The position numbers and the translations under genes were made by a program. Positions 37,589-47,424 of a stretch of 64,000 nucleotides of DNA are shown here, piece after piece. The notes beneath the pieces are model-generated. The model had not been told where the DNA came from. It was given only the letters and a program-made list of their open reading frames with translations, and ran no database searches. The stretch is from Thermotogota bacterium. GTDB taxonomy: Bacteria; Hydrothermota; Hydrothermia; LBFQ01. Each line of letters opens with the position of its first letter. Within the stretch, counting starts at the first letter, position 1. The stretch lies in NCBI GenBank assembly GCA_013153965.1, contig JAADDJ010000017.1, positions 6,242 to 70,241 on the forward strand. Direction: 5' to 3'.

Positions 37589-38572
37589 ATGCGCACTCTA
37601 AGACGTGTAGGGATACTGACATCCGGGGGGGACTGCCCCGGCCTCAACGCCGCCATAAGGGCCTTCGTCAAACTGGCTCTACGGAAGGGGGTGGAGGTTT
37701 GGGGATTTCGGAACGGATGGGAGGGGGTAGTGGAGAAGAACTACAGGCGGCTGACGGCGAGGGACGTGAGCGGGATACTCCCCCTCGGCGGTACCATCTT
37801 GGGGACATCCCGATACAATCCCCTGCGGAGGAAGGGCGACGTGGAGAGGGCCCTATCCACTCTGGAGAATTTGGACGCCCTCGTGGTCATCGGGGGCAAC
37901 GGCTCAATACACATAGCCCACGCCTTTCAGAGGATGTGGGGCAAGGTCATATTCATCCCCAAGACCATAGATAACGACATCTGGGGGACCGAGAGCATAG
38001 GCTTCAACACGGCGGTTGAGGTCGCCACCCACCTGATAGACCGGCTCCACTCAACGGCCGAATCCCACCGGCGGGTGTTCGTAGTGCAGCTGATGGGCAG
38101 GCACACAGGCTGGATAACCCTCTACGCGGGCATGGCGGCCGGTGCCGACGTGATGGTCATCCCGGAGTTCCCCATAGGGGAGGAGGAGATAGCCCGGTAC
38201 GTACTGCGACGCAAGAGGATGGGAAAGAGCTTCAGCATAGTGGCAGTGGCTGAGGGGGTTCGCTACGCCCACCAGAGGGAGCAGAATGTGGGTATATACC
38301 TGCAACGTTATCTCGCGAGGGTCTTGGACATAGAGACCCGATTCGTTGAGATAGGGTACGTGCTGCGGGGAGGGACACCCACAGCCTACGACCGTCTCAT
38401 GGCTCACGAGATGGGCCATCTCGCGTTCGTTCTGGCCGAGGAGGGCAGGTTCGGGTGCGTCACGGCCTACAACGGGTACGTGGAGAGGGGAGTACCGATT
38501 GAGAGGATGGTCGGGAGACTTAAGACCGTACCTCCGGAGGAGTACTTCGCGGCCCTACCCTACTTCGGTTGA
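37589..38572 (+). CDS. pfkA: 6-phosphofructokinase (ATP- or PPi-dependent PFK-A family)
   Basis: RRVGILTSGGDCPGLNAAIRA, GGNGS and MGRHTGW motifs. TAGAAT lies 7 nt upstream inside the 3' end of the GH3 gene. Confidence 0.85.
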   Translation: MRTLRRVGILTSGGDCPGLNAAIRAFVKLALRKGVEVWGFRNGWEGVVEKNYRRLTARDVSGILPLGGTILGTSRYNPLRRKGDVERALSTLENLDALVVIGGNGSIHIAHAFQRMWGKVIFIPKTIDNDIWGTESIGFNTAVEVATHLIDRLHSTAESHRRVFVVQLMGRHTGWITLYAGMAAGADVMVIPEFPIGEEEIARYVLRRKRMGKSFSIVAVAEGVRYAHQREQNVGIYLQRYLARVLDIETRFVEIGYVLRGGTPTAYDRLMAHEMGHLAFVLAEEGRFGCVTAYNGYVERGVPIERMVGRLKTVPPEEYFAALPYFG

Positions 38573-38979
38573 TTCCCGGAGGATGTGCCGGACGTGTCGG
38601 GAGGCCTCCTGAAGGTGAAGACCTCAATCTTGAGGGACGTTCTGTTGTCCCACCGGTCAAAGACCGAAATCTCCAAGGTATCCGGCAGGAGACTCTCCCC
38701 CTCCCTTTGGATTCGCAGGAGCGTATCTACCGTTGCCCCCTTGCCCCTCAGGGGTAGAAGGAAGGTTTCAATACCACGGCGTGATATCACCAGCCTGCTC
38801 AACCCCGAGCTGTCCTCGGCGTACAGATAGACCTTCAGCCTATCCCCCACGGTATCCCCGGCCTCCGGCGAGAATACCAGCAGCTTTGGCCCCGCGAACT
38901 CCCCCTTCCCCGGAGGCGGAACCTTCTTGGCGCAGGAGATAACCATCAAACCCATCAGCAGCAAGCCTAAGAGCCTCAA
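38560..38979 (-). CDS. Hypothetical lipoprotein
   Basis: Signal peptide with lipobox LMVISCAKK. Confidence 0.5.
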   Translation of the reverse strand: MRLLGLLLMGLMVISCAKKVPPPGKGEFAGPKLLVFSPEAGDTVGDRLKVYLYAEDSSGLSRLVISRRGIETFLLPLRGKGATVDTLLRIQREGESLLPDTLEISVFDRWDNRTSLKIEVFTFRRPPDTSGTSSGNQPK

Positions 38980-39033
38980 GGGGGTATCTTAAGGTAGTAC
39001 GGGTTGCCTTTCAGCAGTATAATAGCGGGCGCT

Positions 39034-39705
39034 ATGGGTTTTTTAAGAGAGCAGGATAAGCAGTATTTGCGTCAAAAGTTTGAGGCGGAGCTGGAGAAGC
39101 CTGTAGTTCTTCTCTTTTTTAAGAAGAGCCTCGGGTGCGACTACTGTGAGGATGAGGAGAAACTCTTGAAGGAGTTGGCCGAACTCTCCGACAAGATAGA
39201 GGTGGTGGTCAAGAACGTCGTCACCGACAAGGCCGAGGCCGAGAAGTACCGCATCCACGACGCTCCGGCCCTCGCCATCCTCCAGAAGGAGGACGACGGC
39301 ACGTGGAAGGACTTCGGCATGAGATACTTCGGAATACCCGCCGGCTACGAGTTCTCCGCCCTGATAGAGAGCATAGTTCTGGCATCCACCGGTCGCTCCG
39401 GTCTTCCTCCCGACATTGAGGAGCAGATAAAGGACATTGACAAGGAGATCCTCATATACGTCTTCGTGACGCCCACCTGCCCCTACTGCCCGAGGGCCGT
39501 CCTTACGGCGCACCGCTTCGCCGTCGCCAACCCCAACATCTACGGCTACATGATAGAGGCCATGGAGTATCCCGACTGGGCGAACAAGTATCACGTGCAT
39601 GCCGTACCTAAGATAGTCATAAACGACATAGTGGAGTTTGAGGGCGCCTATCCCGAGCCTTTCTTCGCCGAGAAGATAAAAGAGGCGGCCGCTTTAACCA
39701 AGTAA
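39034..39705 (+). CDS. Protein disulfide oxidoreductase with two thioredoxin-like units (glutaredoxin-like, thermophile PDO type)
   Basis: Two CxxC sites: CDYC and CPYC (FVTPTCPYCPRAV), as in archaeal and Aquifex PDO. TATAAT lies 9 nt upstream of the ATG at 39034. Confidence 0.7.
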   Translation: MGFLREQDKQYLRQKFEAELEKPVVLLFFKKSLGCDYCEDEEKLLKELAELSDKIEVVVKNVVTDKAEAEKYRIHDAPALAILQKEDDGTWKDFGMRYFGIPAGYEFSALIESIVLASTGRSGLPPDIEEQIKDIDKEILIYVFVTPTCPYCPRAVLTAHRFAVANPNIYGYMIEAMEYPDWANKYHVHAVPKIVINDIVEFEGAYPEPFFAEKIKEAAALTK

Positions 39706-39718
39706 AAGGAGGTAAAAG

Positions 39719-39901
39719 ATGACCTCTCCGAGGAGAAGGCAATCTGCGACCAGAGGAAGGAAGAGAAGGACCCATTGGAAGGTGAGGAAACCGGCGCTTT
39801 CCACCTGTCCATCGTGTGGGAAGCCCAAGCCCCCCCACTTCGCCTGCCCCCACTGCGGGTATTACAAGGGGAGGGTGGCCATAGTGGTTGAGACCAAGTG
39901 A
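39719..39901 (+). CDS. rpmF: 50S ribosomal protein L32
   Basis: CPSCGKPKPPHFACPHCGYYKGR zinc ribbon. 60 aa. AAGGAGGT Shine-Dalgarno upstream. Confidence 0.85.
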   Translation: MTSPRRRQSATRGRKRRTHWKVRKPALSTCPSCGKPKPPHFACPHCGYYKGRVAIVVETK

Positions 39902-40890
39902 TGCGTGTAGCCTTAGACGCCTTCGGGACGGATAACGCTCCCCTGCCGGAGATTTTGGGTGCCTTGAAGGTTCTGGAGGAGGAGCGGGATATTGAGGTGG
40001 TGCTGGTGGGGGATGAGCGCAAGATATACGACAATCTCCCCCGCACCCATCCACGTCTCTCGGTCGTCCATGCCCCCGAAGTCGTATATCACCACGACAA
40101 ACCTTCGGAGGTCCTGAAGAAACGTCCCAAATCCTCCATGGCCATAGCCATGGACTTAGTTAGGAAGGGTGAAGCCCACGCCTTCATATCGGCGGGAAAT
40201 ACGGGCGCGGTCATGGCCTACGCCCTCCGAAAGCTCGGTCGGATAAAGGGGGTGAAACGTCCCGCCATAGGCGCTCTCTTTCCCAACATCAACGAGGGGA
40301 GGACTCTGGTTCTGGATATGGGGGCCAACATACACGTCCCCTCCGAGCTCCTCGTCCAGTTCGGGATAATGGGGGCCGCCTTCTACAACGCCCTATTCCA
40401 CCGCCATCCCCGCCTCGCCCTCCTGAACATCGGAGAGGAGGAGGAGAAGGGGGGCAGCGTCATAGTGGAGGCCCGGCGGAAGCTGGAGCGCATGAACACC
40501 CACTACAACTTCGTGGGATACGTGGAGGGACACGAGATTCTCGCCGACAAGGCCGACGTTATAGTGATGGACGGATTCGTGGGGAACGTCCTCCTAAAGT
40601 TCGGCGAGAGCGTCCTGAGCATAATCTTGGAGTTCATAAGGCGGGAGGTTAAGGGTAATCCGAGGGCTCTGCTGGGCGCCATGCTTTTGAAACCGGCCTT
40701 CAAGGCTGTGCGGAAGAAGGCCGACTTTGAGGAGTACGGAGGGGCCCCCCTCATAGGGGTCAACGGCATAGTCATAATCGCCCACGGGAGGTCGTCGGCG
40801 AGGGCTATACGGAACGCCATACTGGTGGCGCGCACCCTCCACGAGCACAAGCTCCTTGAGAAGACCCGGCGCTACCTTGAGAGACCCTAA
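39898..40890 (+). CDS. plsX: Phosphate acyltransferase PlsX
   Basis: MRVALDAFGTDNAP N-terminus, ISAGNTGAVMA, and IAHGRS. Confidence 0.9.
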   Translation: MMRVALDAFGTDNAPLPEILGALKVLEEERDIEVVLVGDERKIYDNLPRTHPRLSVVHAPEVVYHHDKPSEVLKKRPKSSMAIAMDLVRKGEAHAFISAGNTGAVMAYALRKLGRIKGVKRPAIGALFPNINEGRTLVLDMGANIHVPSELLVQFGIMGAAFYNALFHRHPRLALLNIGEEEEKGGSVIVEARRKLERMNTHYNFVGYVEGHEILADKADVIVMDGFVGNVLLKFGESVLSIILEFIRREVKGNPRALLGAMLLKPAFKAVRKKADFEEYGGAPLIGVNGIVIIAHGRSSARAIRNAILVARTLHEHKLLEKTRRYLERP

Positions 40891-41519
40891 GGGGTCCATC
40901 TGTCCTTCACCAGTGCCACCACCTTCCAGCCGTCCCCGTACTTTCTCAGGACCACCCGCAGACTGGCCCAGTCCATCCCGTCGTACTTTTCGGTCCCGGG
41001 GAAGTGATACTCAACGAAGACAGCATCGGGGAACACCTCCTTCAGGTTGTTTTGGGTGTTGCCCTTGCCTATGAACTCATTCGTGGCCACCTTGGGAGCC
41101 GACAGATAATCCCTGTCGTACATGAACTTCCGCAGGAAATCCCTCAGACCCATCTCTATGGGCCTACCGGATCCCGGCTCGTATCCCCACAGGAATTTGC
41201 GATTCTCCTCCCAAGCCTTCCGGAACTCCTCCGGCTTGAGCACCACGTCCTTATCGGGAGAGACGTGGGCGTCGGGGGATATGAGGATGCCTTCGGGGGC
41301 GATCATGGAGACCATCGCATCTATGTCCCCACCCTTCAGAGCCTGCAGGAACCTCACGGCCACCTCCTGCGGAGGCTCCGGCGTGGTCTCACCCTTCGGG
41401 GAGACTGGGGAGGATACGGGAGCCGGCGTCGCTCCGGCCGAGGCGTCGGAGGAGCCCTTAGAGCTGGGATTTCCGCAGGCGACGAGCAGCATTCCCAATA
41501 TCGGTAGGATCTTCCTCAT
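40887..41519 (-). CDS. Hypothetical lipoprotein
   Basis: Lipobox LLVACG followed by a Ser/Pro-rich linker. Confidence 0.5.
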   Translation of the reverse strand: MRKILPILGMLLVACGNPSSKGSSDASAGATPAPVSSPVSPKGETTPEPPQEVAVRFLQALKGGDIDAMVSMIAPEGILISPDAHVSPDKDVVLKPEEFRKAWEENRKFLWGYEPGSGRPIEMGLRDFLRKFMYDRDYLSAPKVATNEFIGKGNTQNNLKEVFPDAVFVEYHFPGTEKYDGMDWASLRVVLRKYGDGWKVVALVKDRWTP

Positions 41520-41573
41520 AGTGGGAATTTTACCGCCGCCCGCCGCGATATGGCGGCCGTAGAATAGACGAAA

Positions 41574-43067
41574 TTGGACAGGTCTCTGTTGGGGTTGAGG
41601 GTCGTATGGGTACTTCTGGCCATCCTGCTGCTCGGGGATGTGGGATTCACCTTGAGAGGTAGGCCGACGGCCCTCGTGGATATCTCCTACAGCGCCAGGG
41701 TGCTCTTCGGCGAGAGTACGTTGGATTCCGTAAGCCGTCTGCTCGGGGAGAGGGGTTTCACCGTCCGGAAGTTCGGCTCCGATACTCTGAGCGACATATA
41801 CTCGGCCCTCAAGGAGGCCCCATCGCCCAGCCTACTCGTGTCCGACGGTATGCACAACGCCCCCGGAGACCCTCTGGCGGTGGCCGCCGAGAGGGACGTT
41901 TCGGTCCTTCTGCTTCCGGCCGCCAAGGTTCCCGCGCGCATAACTCACGTCCTGATGCGTAATCCGGCCATCAGGGGGGAGATGACGACCCTTCGGGTCA
42001 GATTCTCGGCTCCCCCGATGGATACGGTGCGGCTAACCTTGGATGGGAGGGAGATGAAAGTGTTCGCCCGGGATGAGGCCATCTTCAGCTTCAAAGTCTC
42101 CAGAGCGGTGTCCGAGGCGACGATAACGACCGCCCACGACACGGTTAGCTTCAAGGTCTTCGCGAGGGAGCCGAGGGGTGTGGGGATACTCGCGTGGCTC
42201 CCCCTACCCGTGGTGAGATTCGTACGGTGGCACCTCACGGATGCCTCCTTCAGGCTCGTCCGGGAGGGGGAGAACCCGGAGGGTAAGTATTCGTTCGTCG
42301 TCATGGTGGACCCTCCCCCTTCCCTGTTGAACGTGGATAGACCCGCCCTGTACTTCGTCGGGGAGAGGAGCGGTTTCAAGGCCTACCGTGGAAAGTTCTT
42401 CCTGCGGGGGAATCTACCGGCGATAGAGGAGATATACGTGCCCGACATGGAGATGGACCGCATATACGAGAAGGTGGGGAACGTGCCCATAATCGCCTCA
42501 AAGGGAAACGCCCTGTTCGTCCTGACCCCGGACATATGGAAGGTATGGCTCGCGAGCAACGAGGACTACAGGCGGTTTCTGGATTATCTGGATGACTTCG
42601 TCGTCAGGGACTACGAGATTTACACGGATAAACCCCTCTACGCCCGTGGAGAGAGGATGAGACTCCACATCTATCCCCCCTTCCCGATGGAGGTTTCCAT
42701 AAACGGCGGGAAACCCATAACCATAACATCCTTCTACACGTACGAGCGAAGGATAACGCCGGCCGATACCCTCTTCATCGTGGATATATTCAGGAGAGGT
42801 AAGAGGATAGCCTCGGAGAGCGTCAGGGTGAGCGTGCGGAGTTTACCGATGGAGAAGGTCTATCTGGGGTACGATACGACCTTCCTCAAGAATCTCGCCG
42901 CCGTGTCGGGGGGATACGTCTTTCGCGATGTTGAGGAGGCGGCGGAGGTCCTGAGGCGGCGGGGCGGTCGCAGGATATCCCTTGCGAGCCTCTGGCCCCT
43001 ATTCATCCTCTTCCTTCTGGCGGCATGGACGGAGTGGTTCATCCGCAGGATCAGGGGTATGCTGTAG
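41574..43067 (+). CDS. Hypothetical membrane-anchored protein (N- and C-terminal TM helices)
   Basis: 497 aa. N-terminal signal/TM helix and a C-terminal TM helix LWPLFILFLLAAW. Confidence 0.4.
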   Translation: MDRSLLGLRVVWVLLAILLLGDVGFTLRGRPTALVDISYSARVLFGESTLDSVSRLLGERGFTVRKFGSDTLSDIYSALKEAPSPSLLVSDGMHNAPGDPLAVAAERDVSVLLLPAAKVPARITHVLMRNPAIRGEMTTLRVRFSAPPMDTVRLTLDGREMKVFARDEAIFSFKVSRAVSEATITTAHDTVSFKVFAREPRGVGILAWLPLPVVRFVRWHLTDASFRLVREGENPEGKYSFVVMVDPPPSLLNVDRPALYFVGERSGFKAYRGKFFLRGNLPAIEEIYVPDMEMDRIYEKVGNVPIIASKGNALFVLTPDIWKVWLASNEDYRRFLDYLDDFVVRDYEIYTDKPLYARGERMRLHIYPPFPMEVSINGGKPITITSFYTYERRITPADTLFIVDIFRRGKRIASESVRVSVRSLPMEKVYLGYDTTFLKNLAAVSGGYVFRDVEEAAEVLRRRGGRRISLASLWPLFILFLLAAWTEWFIRRIRGML

Positions 43068-43093
43068 GCCGCACATCACCCGCGCTTCAACGG

Positions 43094-43099
43094 TATAAT
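43094..43099 (+). promoter_or_regulatory. -10 box TATAAT, 11 nt upstream of the tRNA-Pro 5' end
   Basis: CGGTATAATAGACACC precedes the tRNA. Confidence 0.5.
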
Positions 43100-43110
43100 A
43101 GACACCTCAT

Positions 43111-43185
43111 CGGGGCGTAGCGCAGCCTGGTTAGCGCGCTTCCTTGGGGTGGAAGAGGTCCCGGGTTCAAATCCCGGCGCCCCGA
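43111..43185 (+). tRNA. tRNA-Pro (anticodon GGG)
   Basis: Manual cloverleaf fold: acceptor CGGGGCG/CGCCCCG, D-arm GCGC, anticodon stem CTTCC/GGAAG with loop TTGGGGT, and T-arm CCGGG-TTCAAAT-CCCGG. CCA is not encoded. Confidence 0.85.
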
Positions 43186-43188
43186 TAC

Positions 43189-43262
43189 GCCCGCGTAGCT
43201 CAGGCGGTCAGAGCGCGTCCTTGGTAAGGACGAGGTCGGCGGTTCAAGTCCGCCCGCGGGCT
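43189..43262 (+). tRNA. tRNA-Thr (anticodon GGT)
   Basis: Acceptor GCCCGCG/CGCGGGC, anticodon stem CGTCC/GGACG with loop TTGGTAA, and T-arm GGCGG-TTCAAGT-CCGCC. CCA is not encoded. Confidence 0.85.
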
Positions 43263-43271
43263 TTTCTTTTT

Positions 43272-43832
43272 ATGAAGGTCGGCATCCTATCCCTCCAGGG
43301 GGATTACGAGGAGCACGAATCCATCCTGCGAAATTTGGGTGTGGATACCCTCCGGGTGAAACTCCCCGAGCACCTTGACGAGATAGACGCCCTCATCCTC
43401 CCCGGCGGCGAGAGTACCCACTTCGCGAGGATCCTTCGGAGATACGGTTTCGCCGAGCCTCTGACCACTTGGGACAGACCCATACTGGGGACCTGCGCTG
43501 GCCTGATAATCTTGGCTTCGGAGGTCGTGGATGAGCATCCGGGTCTTCTGCTCAAGCGTCTCAACGTTCGGGTGGCCAGAAACGCCTACGGGAGGCAGAG
43601 GGACAGCTTTGAGGCTCCGGTCAAGGTCTCGGACGGTAGGGTGATAACGGGCGTATTCATACGCGCTCCGAGAATAGTGCATGTGGGTGAGGGGGTTGAG
43701 GTTCTGGCAACGTTGGAGGATGGGGAGGTGGTAGGTGTGAGGCAGGGGAACGTCATAGGGCTGACATTCCATCCGGAGCTATCGGGAGACGACGTCTTCC
43801 ATAGGATGCTTCTGGACATGGCGAGATCATAG
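43272..43832 (+). CDS. pdxT: Pyridoxal 5'-phosphate synthase glutaminase subunit PdxT
   Basis: MKVGILSLQGDYEEH N-terminus, GTCAG (Cys), and FHPE. No pdxS adjacent. Confidence 0.85.
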   Translation: MKVGILSLQGDYEEHESILRNLGVDTLRVKLPEHLDEIDALILPGGESTHFARILRRYGFAEPLTTWDRPILGTCAGLIILASEVVDEHPGLLLKRLNVRVARNAYGRQRDSFEAPVKVSDGRVITGVFIRAPRIVHVGEGVEVLATLEDGEVVGVRQGNVIGLTFHPELSGDDVFHRMLLDMARS

Positions 43833-44261
43833 GCGGAGATTCCTCCTTATTCTCCTCACGTGGGAGCCTTCCCAGTATATCTGACCGCACTCCTCGCAGA
43901 CGGCGAAGTACTCGTGATTGTTCCACACGTAGGGATGGACGAAGCCCACCAGCTCATCCCTGTGAATCTTCACCATCCTGCCGTTGCACTTCGGACAACG
44001 TGTGAAAGGTTTCATACATCCCTCCAGCTTGAGGGTACGCACCACCTCCTCCGCGAACTCCCACACGTTGAATCTGCCCGATGGGGCCAGCACGCTCCCG
44101 AGGCCCCAGCCCTTCGCCAGCAGGTGCAGACCTCTATCCGACGTTATTAGTATCCTCCTCTCCCTCAGGCATCGGGCCAGTATGTGCATATCCTCCTCGT
44201 CCCTATAGTAGGCCGTATCAAAACCCAACATCCTCAGGACCCTCGCCAGATGCCCCAACAT
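43827..44261 (-). CDS. Mut7-C RNase domain (DUF82) protein with C-terminal zinc ribbon
   Basis: FGVDAMLGHLARVLRMLGFDT PIN-like N-terminus and the CPKCNG...CEECGQIYWEGSH zinc ribbon. Confidence 0.6.
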   Translation of the reverse strand: MLGHLARVLRMLGFDTAYYRDEEDMHILARCLRERRILITSDRGLHLLAKGWGLGSVLAPSGRFNVWEFAEEVVRTLKLEGCMKPFTRCPKCNGRMVKIHRDELVGFVHPYVWNNHEYFAVCEECGQIYWEGSHVRRIRRNLRL

Positions 44262-44266
44262 GGCAT

Positions 44267-45406
44267 CTACACCGAAGCGAGCCTCATCACAATTTCCGAC
44301 GCCACCTGCCATTTGTTCCCTGAGTATCTTCCCAGAAGCCCCTCCCTGCCGAAGAGGAATACCTCGGTCCTCTCCGAGCCTATGGCGTCAATGGGGTTGG
44401 CCACGACGTAATCCAAGTTCTTCTCGCGCAGTTTCCTCATCGCCTCCTCCTCAAGCCTATCCCTCTCCTCAAGGGCGAATCCGACCAGAGTTCCCTTCTT
44501 ATTCCGGCCCAGCTCGGACAGCACATCAACCGTGCGCTTCAGGTGCAGCGTCAGGACGTCGGAGGACTTCTTTATCTTCCCGGGACGATAGTCGGGGGCG
44601 TAGTCGGAGACGGCCGCCGCCATGAAGAGATAGTCGTAATCCATATCCAGCAGCAAATTCCGCAGCTCAAGGACGCGGCCCACCCGATGGAACTCCGCGG
44701 AGGGGGCCGTCGGTACTCCACCGCAGGCCACGGCCACCACATGGGCTCGGGCCATGGAGAGCCAGGAGGCCAGAGCCAACCCCATACGTCCCGACGACCT
44801 GTTGGTTATGACCCGAACGTCGTCTATCGGCTCGTAGGTGCCACCGTAGGTTATGACCACCCGCTTCCCCGCCCAGAACTCCATCAACCGCTCCAGACGG
44901 GAGATGTAGTGGGCTATCTCTTCCGGCTCAAGCATTCTCCCTTCGCCCACGTCTCCGCTCGCCAGAGGCCCCTCGCCGACGGGCAGGATGACGTGCCCTA
45001 CGCCTCTCAAGATATCCAGATTCCTCCGCAGAATGCGGTTGTGCCACATCTCCGTGTGCATGGCGGGGGCGAACACTATGGGGTGAGGGAAGGCGGCGGC
45101 CGTGGCTGTGAGGAGATCGTCTGCTATACCCGAGGCCACCTTTCCGATGACGTTGTAGGTGGCGGGTGCCACGACCATCACATCCGCCCAGCGGGCCAAA
45201 TCTATGTGGGTGTTGCCCTTGAAGAAGTCGTCGTCGGTTAGGACTCGTGCCCCCGCCAACTCCTGAAAGGAGAGGGGGGTTATGAAGTTCAAAGCCCCTC
45301 TCGTGAGGACCACCCCCACCTCATGACCCTCCTTGTAGAGGAGACGGGCCAGTATCAGGGATTTGAAGGCTGCTATGCTGCCGCTAACTCCTATCAGAAC
45401 TCTCAC
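44267..45406 (-). CDS. coaBC: Bifunctional phosphopantothenoylcysteine decarboxylase / phosphopantothenate-cysteine ligase
   Basis: N-terminal flavoprotein domain (GVSGSIAAFK) plus C-terminal CoaB domain. 379 aa. Confidence 0.9.
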   Translation of the reverse strand: MRVLIGVSGSIAAFKSLILARLLYKEGHEVGVVLTRGALNFITPLSFQELAGARVLTDDDFFKGNTHIDLARWADVMVVAPATYNVIGKVASGIADDLLTATAAAFPHPIVFAPAMHTEMWHNRILRRNLDILRGVGHVILPVGEGPLASGDVGEGRMLEPEEIAHYISRLERLMEFWAGKRVVITYGGTYEPIDDVRVITNRSSGRMGLALASWLSMARAHVVAVACGGVPTAPSAEFHRVGRVLELRNLLLDMDYDYLFMAAAVSDYAPDYRPGKIKKSSDVLTLHLKRTVDVLSELGRNKKGTLVGFALEERDRLEEEAMRKLREKNLDYVVANPIDAIGSERTEVFLFGREGLLGRYSGNKWQVASEIVMRLASV

Positions 45407-45635
45407 TGGGCGTATTCTCTTGACTCTCCAAACGTCTGAAGGGTATCCCTTCGCTCACGAACTTGCGGGCGGCAACTATGACGGGGTTATCCTTCAACTT
45501 TACACGCTTTATCTCGCCCGTGCGGAGAAGGTAGCGGGCGTACTTCCCTATCACCACGATGGCCTCGTACTTGGTACGGGCCTTCCGCTCATAGACGTCT
45601 ATGTTGAAGAGCTCCTCAAGCTTGACCTTCGCCAT
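45384..45635 (-). CDS. rpoZ: DNA-directed RNA polymerase subunit omega (probable)
   Basis: MAKVKLEELF...KYEAIVVIGKYARYLL is RpoZ-like. The rpoZ-coaBC order is conserved. TAGAAT lies 7 nt upstream of this ATG. Confidence 0.55.
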   Translation of the reverse strand: MAKVKLEELFNIDVYERKARTKYEAIVVIGKYARYLLRTGEIKRVKLKDNPVIVAARKFVSEGIPFRRLESQENTPSESSDRS

Positions 45636-45682
45636 GGGGGAAATTCTAAGGGGGAGCCGCATCCGGTTTAAAATGGACGCCC

Positions 45683-46684
45683 GTGCCTAAGGTATGGGTG
45701 GACCTGGCCAACTCTCCGCAGGTGATGTTCTTCGCCCCCCTCATAAGGGAGATGGAGAGGAGGGGAATTGATGTCCTCACGACGGCCCGGGACTTCTCGG
45801 AGACGGTTCCCTTGGCCAAGTACTTGGGCCTCAATGTCCGGGTTGTGGGGAGACACGGAGGAAAGAGCAAACTCGGGAAGGCCAAGGCCATGCTCTCAAG
45901 GGTGGCCTCCCTCGCCAATCTCCTGAGGGGCAGGGGAATAGACCTCGCCCTCTCCCACAACTCCTACGATGCCATCCTGGCCGGAAGACTCCTGCGAACG
46001 ACCGTATGGACGTACATGGACTATGACCTCCAACCCGCCAACCACCTCGCCTTCCGCTTGGCCCACAGGGTCTTCGTTCAGGAGTGGTTCCCCGAGGACG
46101 CCCTCCGCAGGTACGGTGCGAGCGGTAGGAAGGTGGTCAGATACAGGGGATTGAAGGAGGAGGTATATCTCAGGGATTTCTCTCCGGACCCCGACTTCCT
46201 CAGGACTTTGGGGGAGTTCCACAGACCCCTGATCGTGGCCCGTCCCCCCTCAACGTCCTCCCTATACACGGCCGGATACGGAGAGTTCTGGGAGGTCCTG
46301 TCGCTCCTAAAGGGTAGGGGATACGACGTGCGGGTCATCCGCAGGAACCCGGAGGATGCCTCCATGGCGAAGAGTGTAGGCGTACGGGTACTGCCGAGGC
46401 CCATAGACGGGCCCCAACTGCTCTACTGGTCGGATGCCTTCGTGGGAGGAGGGGGAACGATGACGCGCGAGGCCGTGATACTCGGAACGAGGACTTTCTC
46501 CGTATTCCCCGCCCCCGGATTCCTTGACAGGAAACTGATGGACTTGGGTCTGGTGGAGAGCCTATCCAAGAGCAAGGCGCGGAGAGTTGAGATTCGCGAG
46601 AGAAGGCACCGGAACCTCCGATTCTTCAACCGGAACCTTCGGGATGATCTTCTGGAGTTCATCCTAAATTTTCTGAATCGTTAG
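45683..46684 (+). CDS. DUF354 family protein (predicted GT-B-like glycosyltransferase/epimerase fold)
   Basis: KVWVDLANSPQVMFFAPLIREMERRGIDV matches the DUF354 N-terminus. GTG start 10 nt after TAAAAT. Confidence 0.6.
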   Translation: MPKVWVDLANSPQVMFFAPLIREMERRGIDVLTTARDFSETVPLAKYLGLNVRVVGRHGGKSKLGKAKAMLSRVASLANLLRGRGIDLALSHNSYDAILAGRLLRTTVWTYMDYDLQPANHLAFRLAHRVFVQEWFPEDALRRYGASGRKVVRYRGLKEEVYLRDFSPDPDFLRTLGEFHRPLIVARPPSTSSLYTAGYGEFWEVLSLLKGRGYDVRVIRRNPEDASMAKSVGVRVLPRPIDGPQLLYWSDAFVGGGGTMTREAVILGTRTFSVFPAPGFLDRKLMDLGLVESLSKSKARRVEIRERRHRNLRFFNRNLRDDLLEFILNFLNR

Positions 46685-47360
46685 CCTCGGACTGGGCCTC
46701 GCCGGGAAGCGGTTTTCCCATTATGCACGAGAGGACGGCGGCTATACACAGGAGCGACAGGAGCATCCACACCGTCCCCCACATCCTCGGGCTTCCTCCG
46801 ATACGCTCGGAGAGGAGGCCCGCATCCGTAAGGTAGCCGTTCCCGAGGAATACGTCGGTGAATATGTCGTAGGGGGCGTACAGCATGACGGCCAGGCCGA
46901 GAAATCGCAGGATCAGGTCGTTTATCTCCGAGGGTAGGAATAAGGAGACTCCCATGAGTCCCGCCCCGACGATGAGACAGAAGAGGACCGTGAAGGACGT
47001 ATCTCCGAAGGCGAATCCCATGAAGATTATCAGGGCACCCAACAGACCCGACACCCATCTGTCCAGCGTCGTCCTGTCGGAAACGGCCAGAATCAAAGCT
47101 CCGCTCAGGAGGGAGCCCAGGTATCCGGCCGTGGCCACGAGAGCCACGTTCCCTCCCTCCGTTATCACGTGTCCCCCCTCCTGCGGCACGAGCACGAACT
47201 CCTTTATCCTGCCTCCCGTGAGGAGTGAGGCCAGCGTGTGCCAACTCTCGTGGAAGAAGACGGCGAGCATCCTCACCGGATACATGGCTCCCGTATTCCA
47301 GAGGAAGAGGATTATCAGCATGAGCGCCACGTAGAACAGGACCCGCTTACTCTTGGGCAT
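46659..47360 (-). CDS. M50B-like membrane metallopeptidase (HExxH in TM helix)
   Basis: FFHESWHTLASLLTGG and several TM helices. Confidence 0.55.
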   Translation of the reverse strand: MPKSKRVLFYVALMLIILFLWNTGAMYPVRMLAVFFHESWHTLASLLTGGRIKEFVLVPQEGGHVITEGGNVALVATAGYLGSLLSGALILAVSDRTTLDRWVSGLLGALIIFMGFAFGDTSFTVLFCLIVGAGLMGVSLFLPSEINDLILRFLGLAVMLYAPYDIFTDVFLGNGYLTDAGLLSERIGGSPRMWGTVWMLLSLLCIAAVLSCIMGKPLPGEAQSEANDSENLG

Positions 47361-47424
47361 GGTGGAGTATGCGCCGTATTATAGCCGCGAAGGATGTTGG
47401 CGGCCCATCTTAAAATACCCCCCT

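Noticed and set aside
45636-45662. Longer rpoZ start (MRLPLRISP...) at 45662
   Set aside because: TAGAAT lies 7 nt before the internal ATG at 45635 (MAKVKLEEL), and the longer form would run into the divergent DUF354 promoter.
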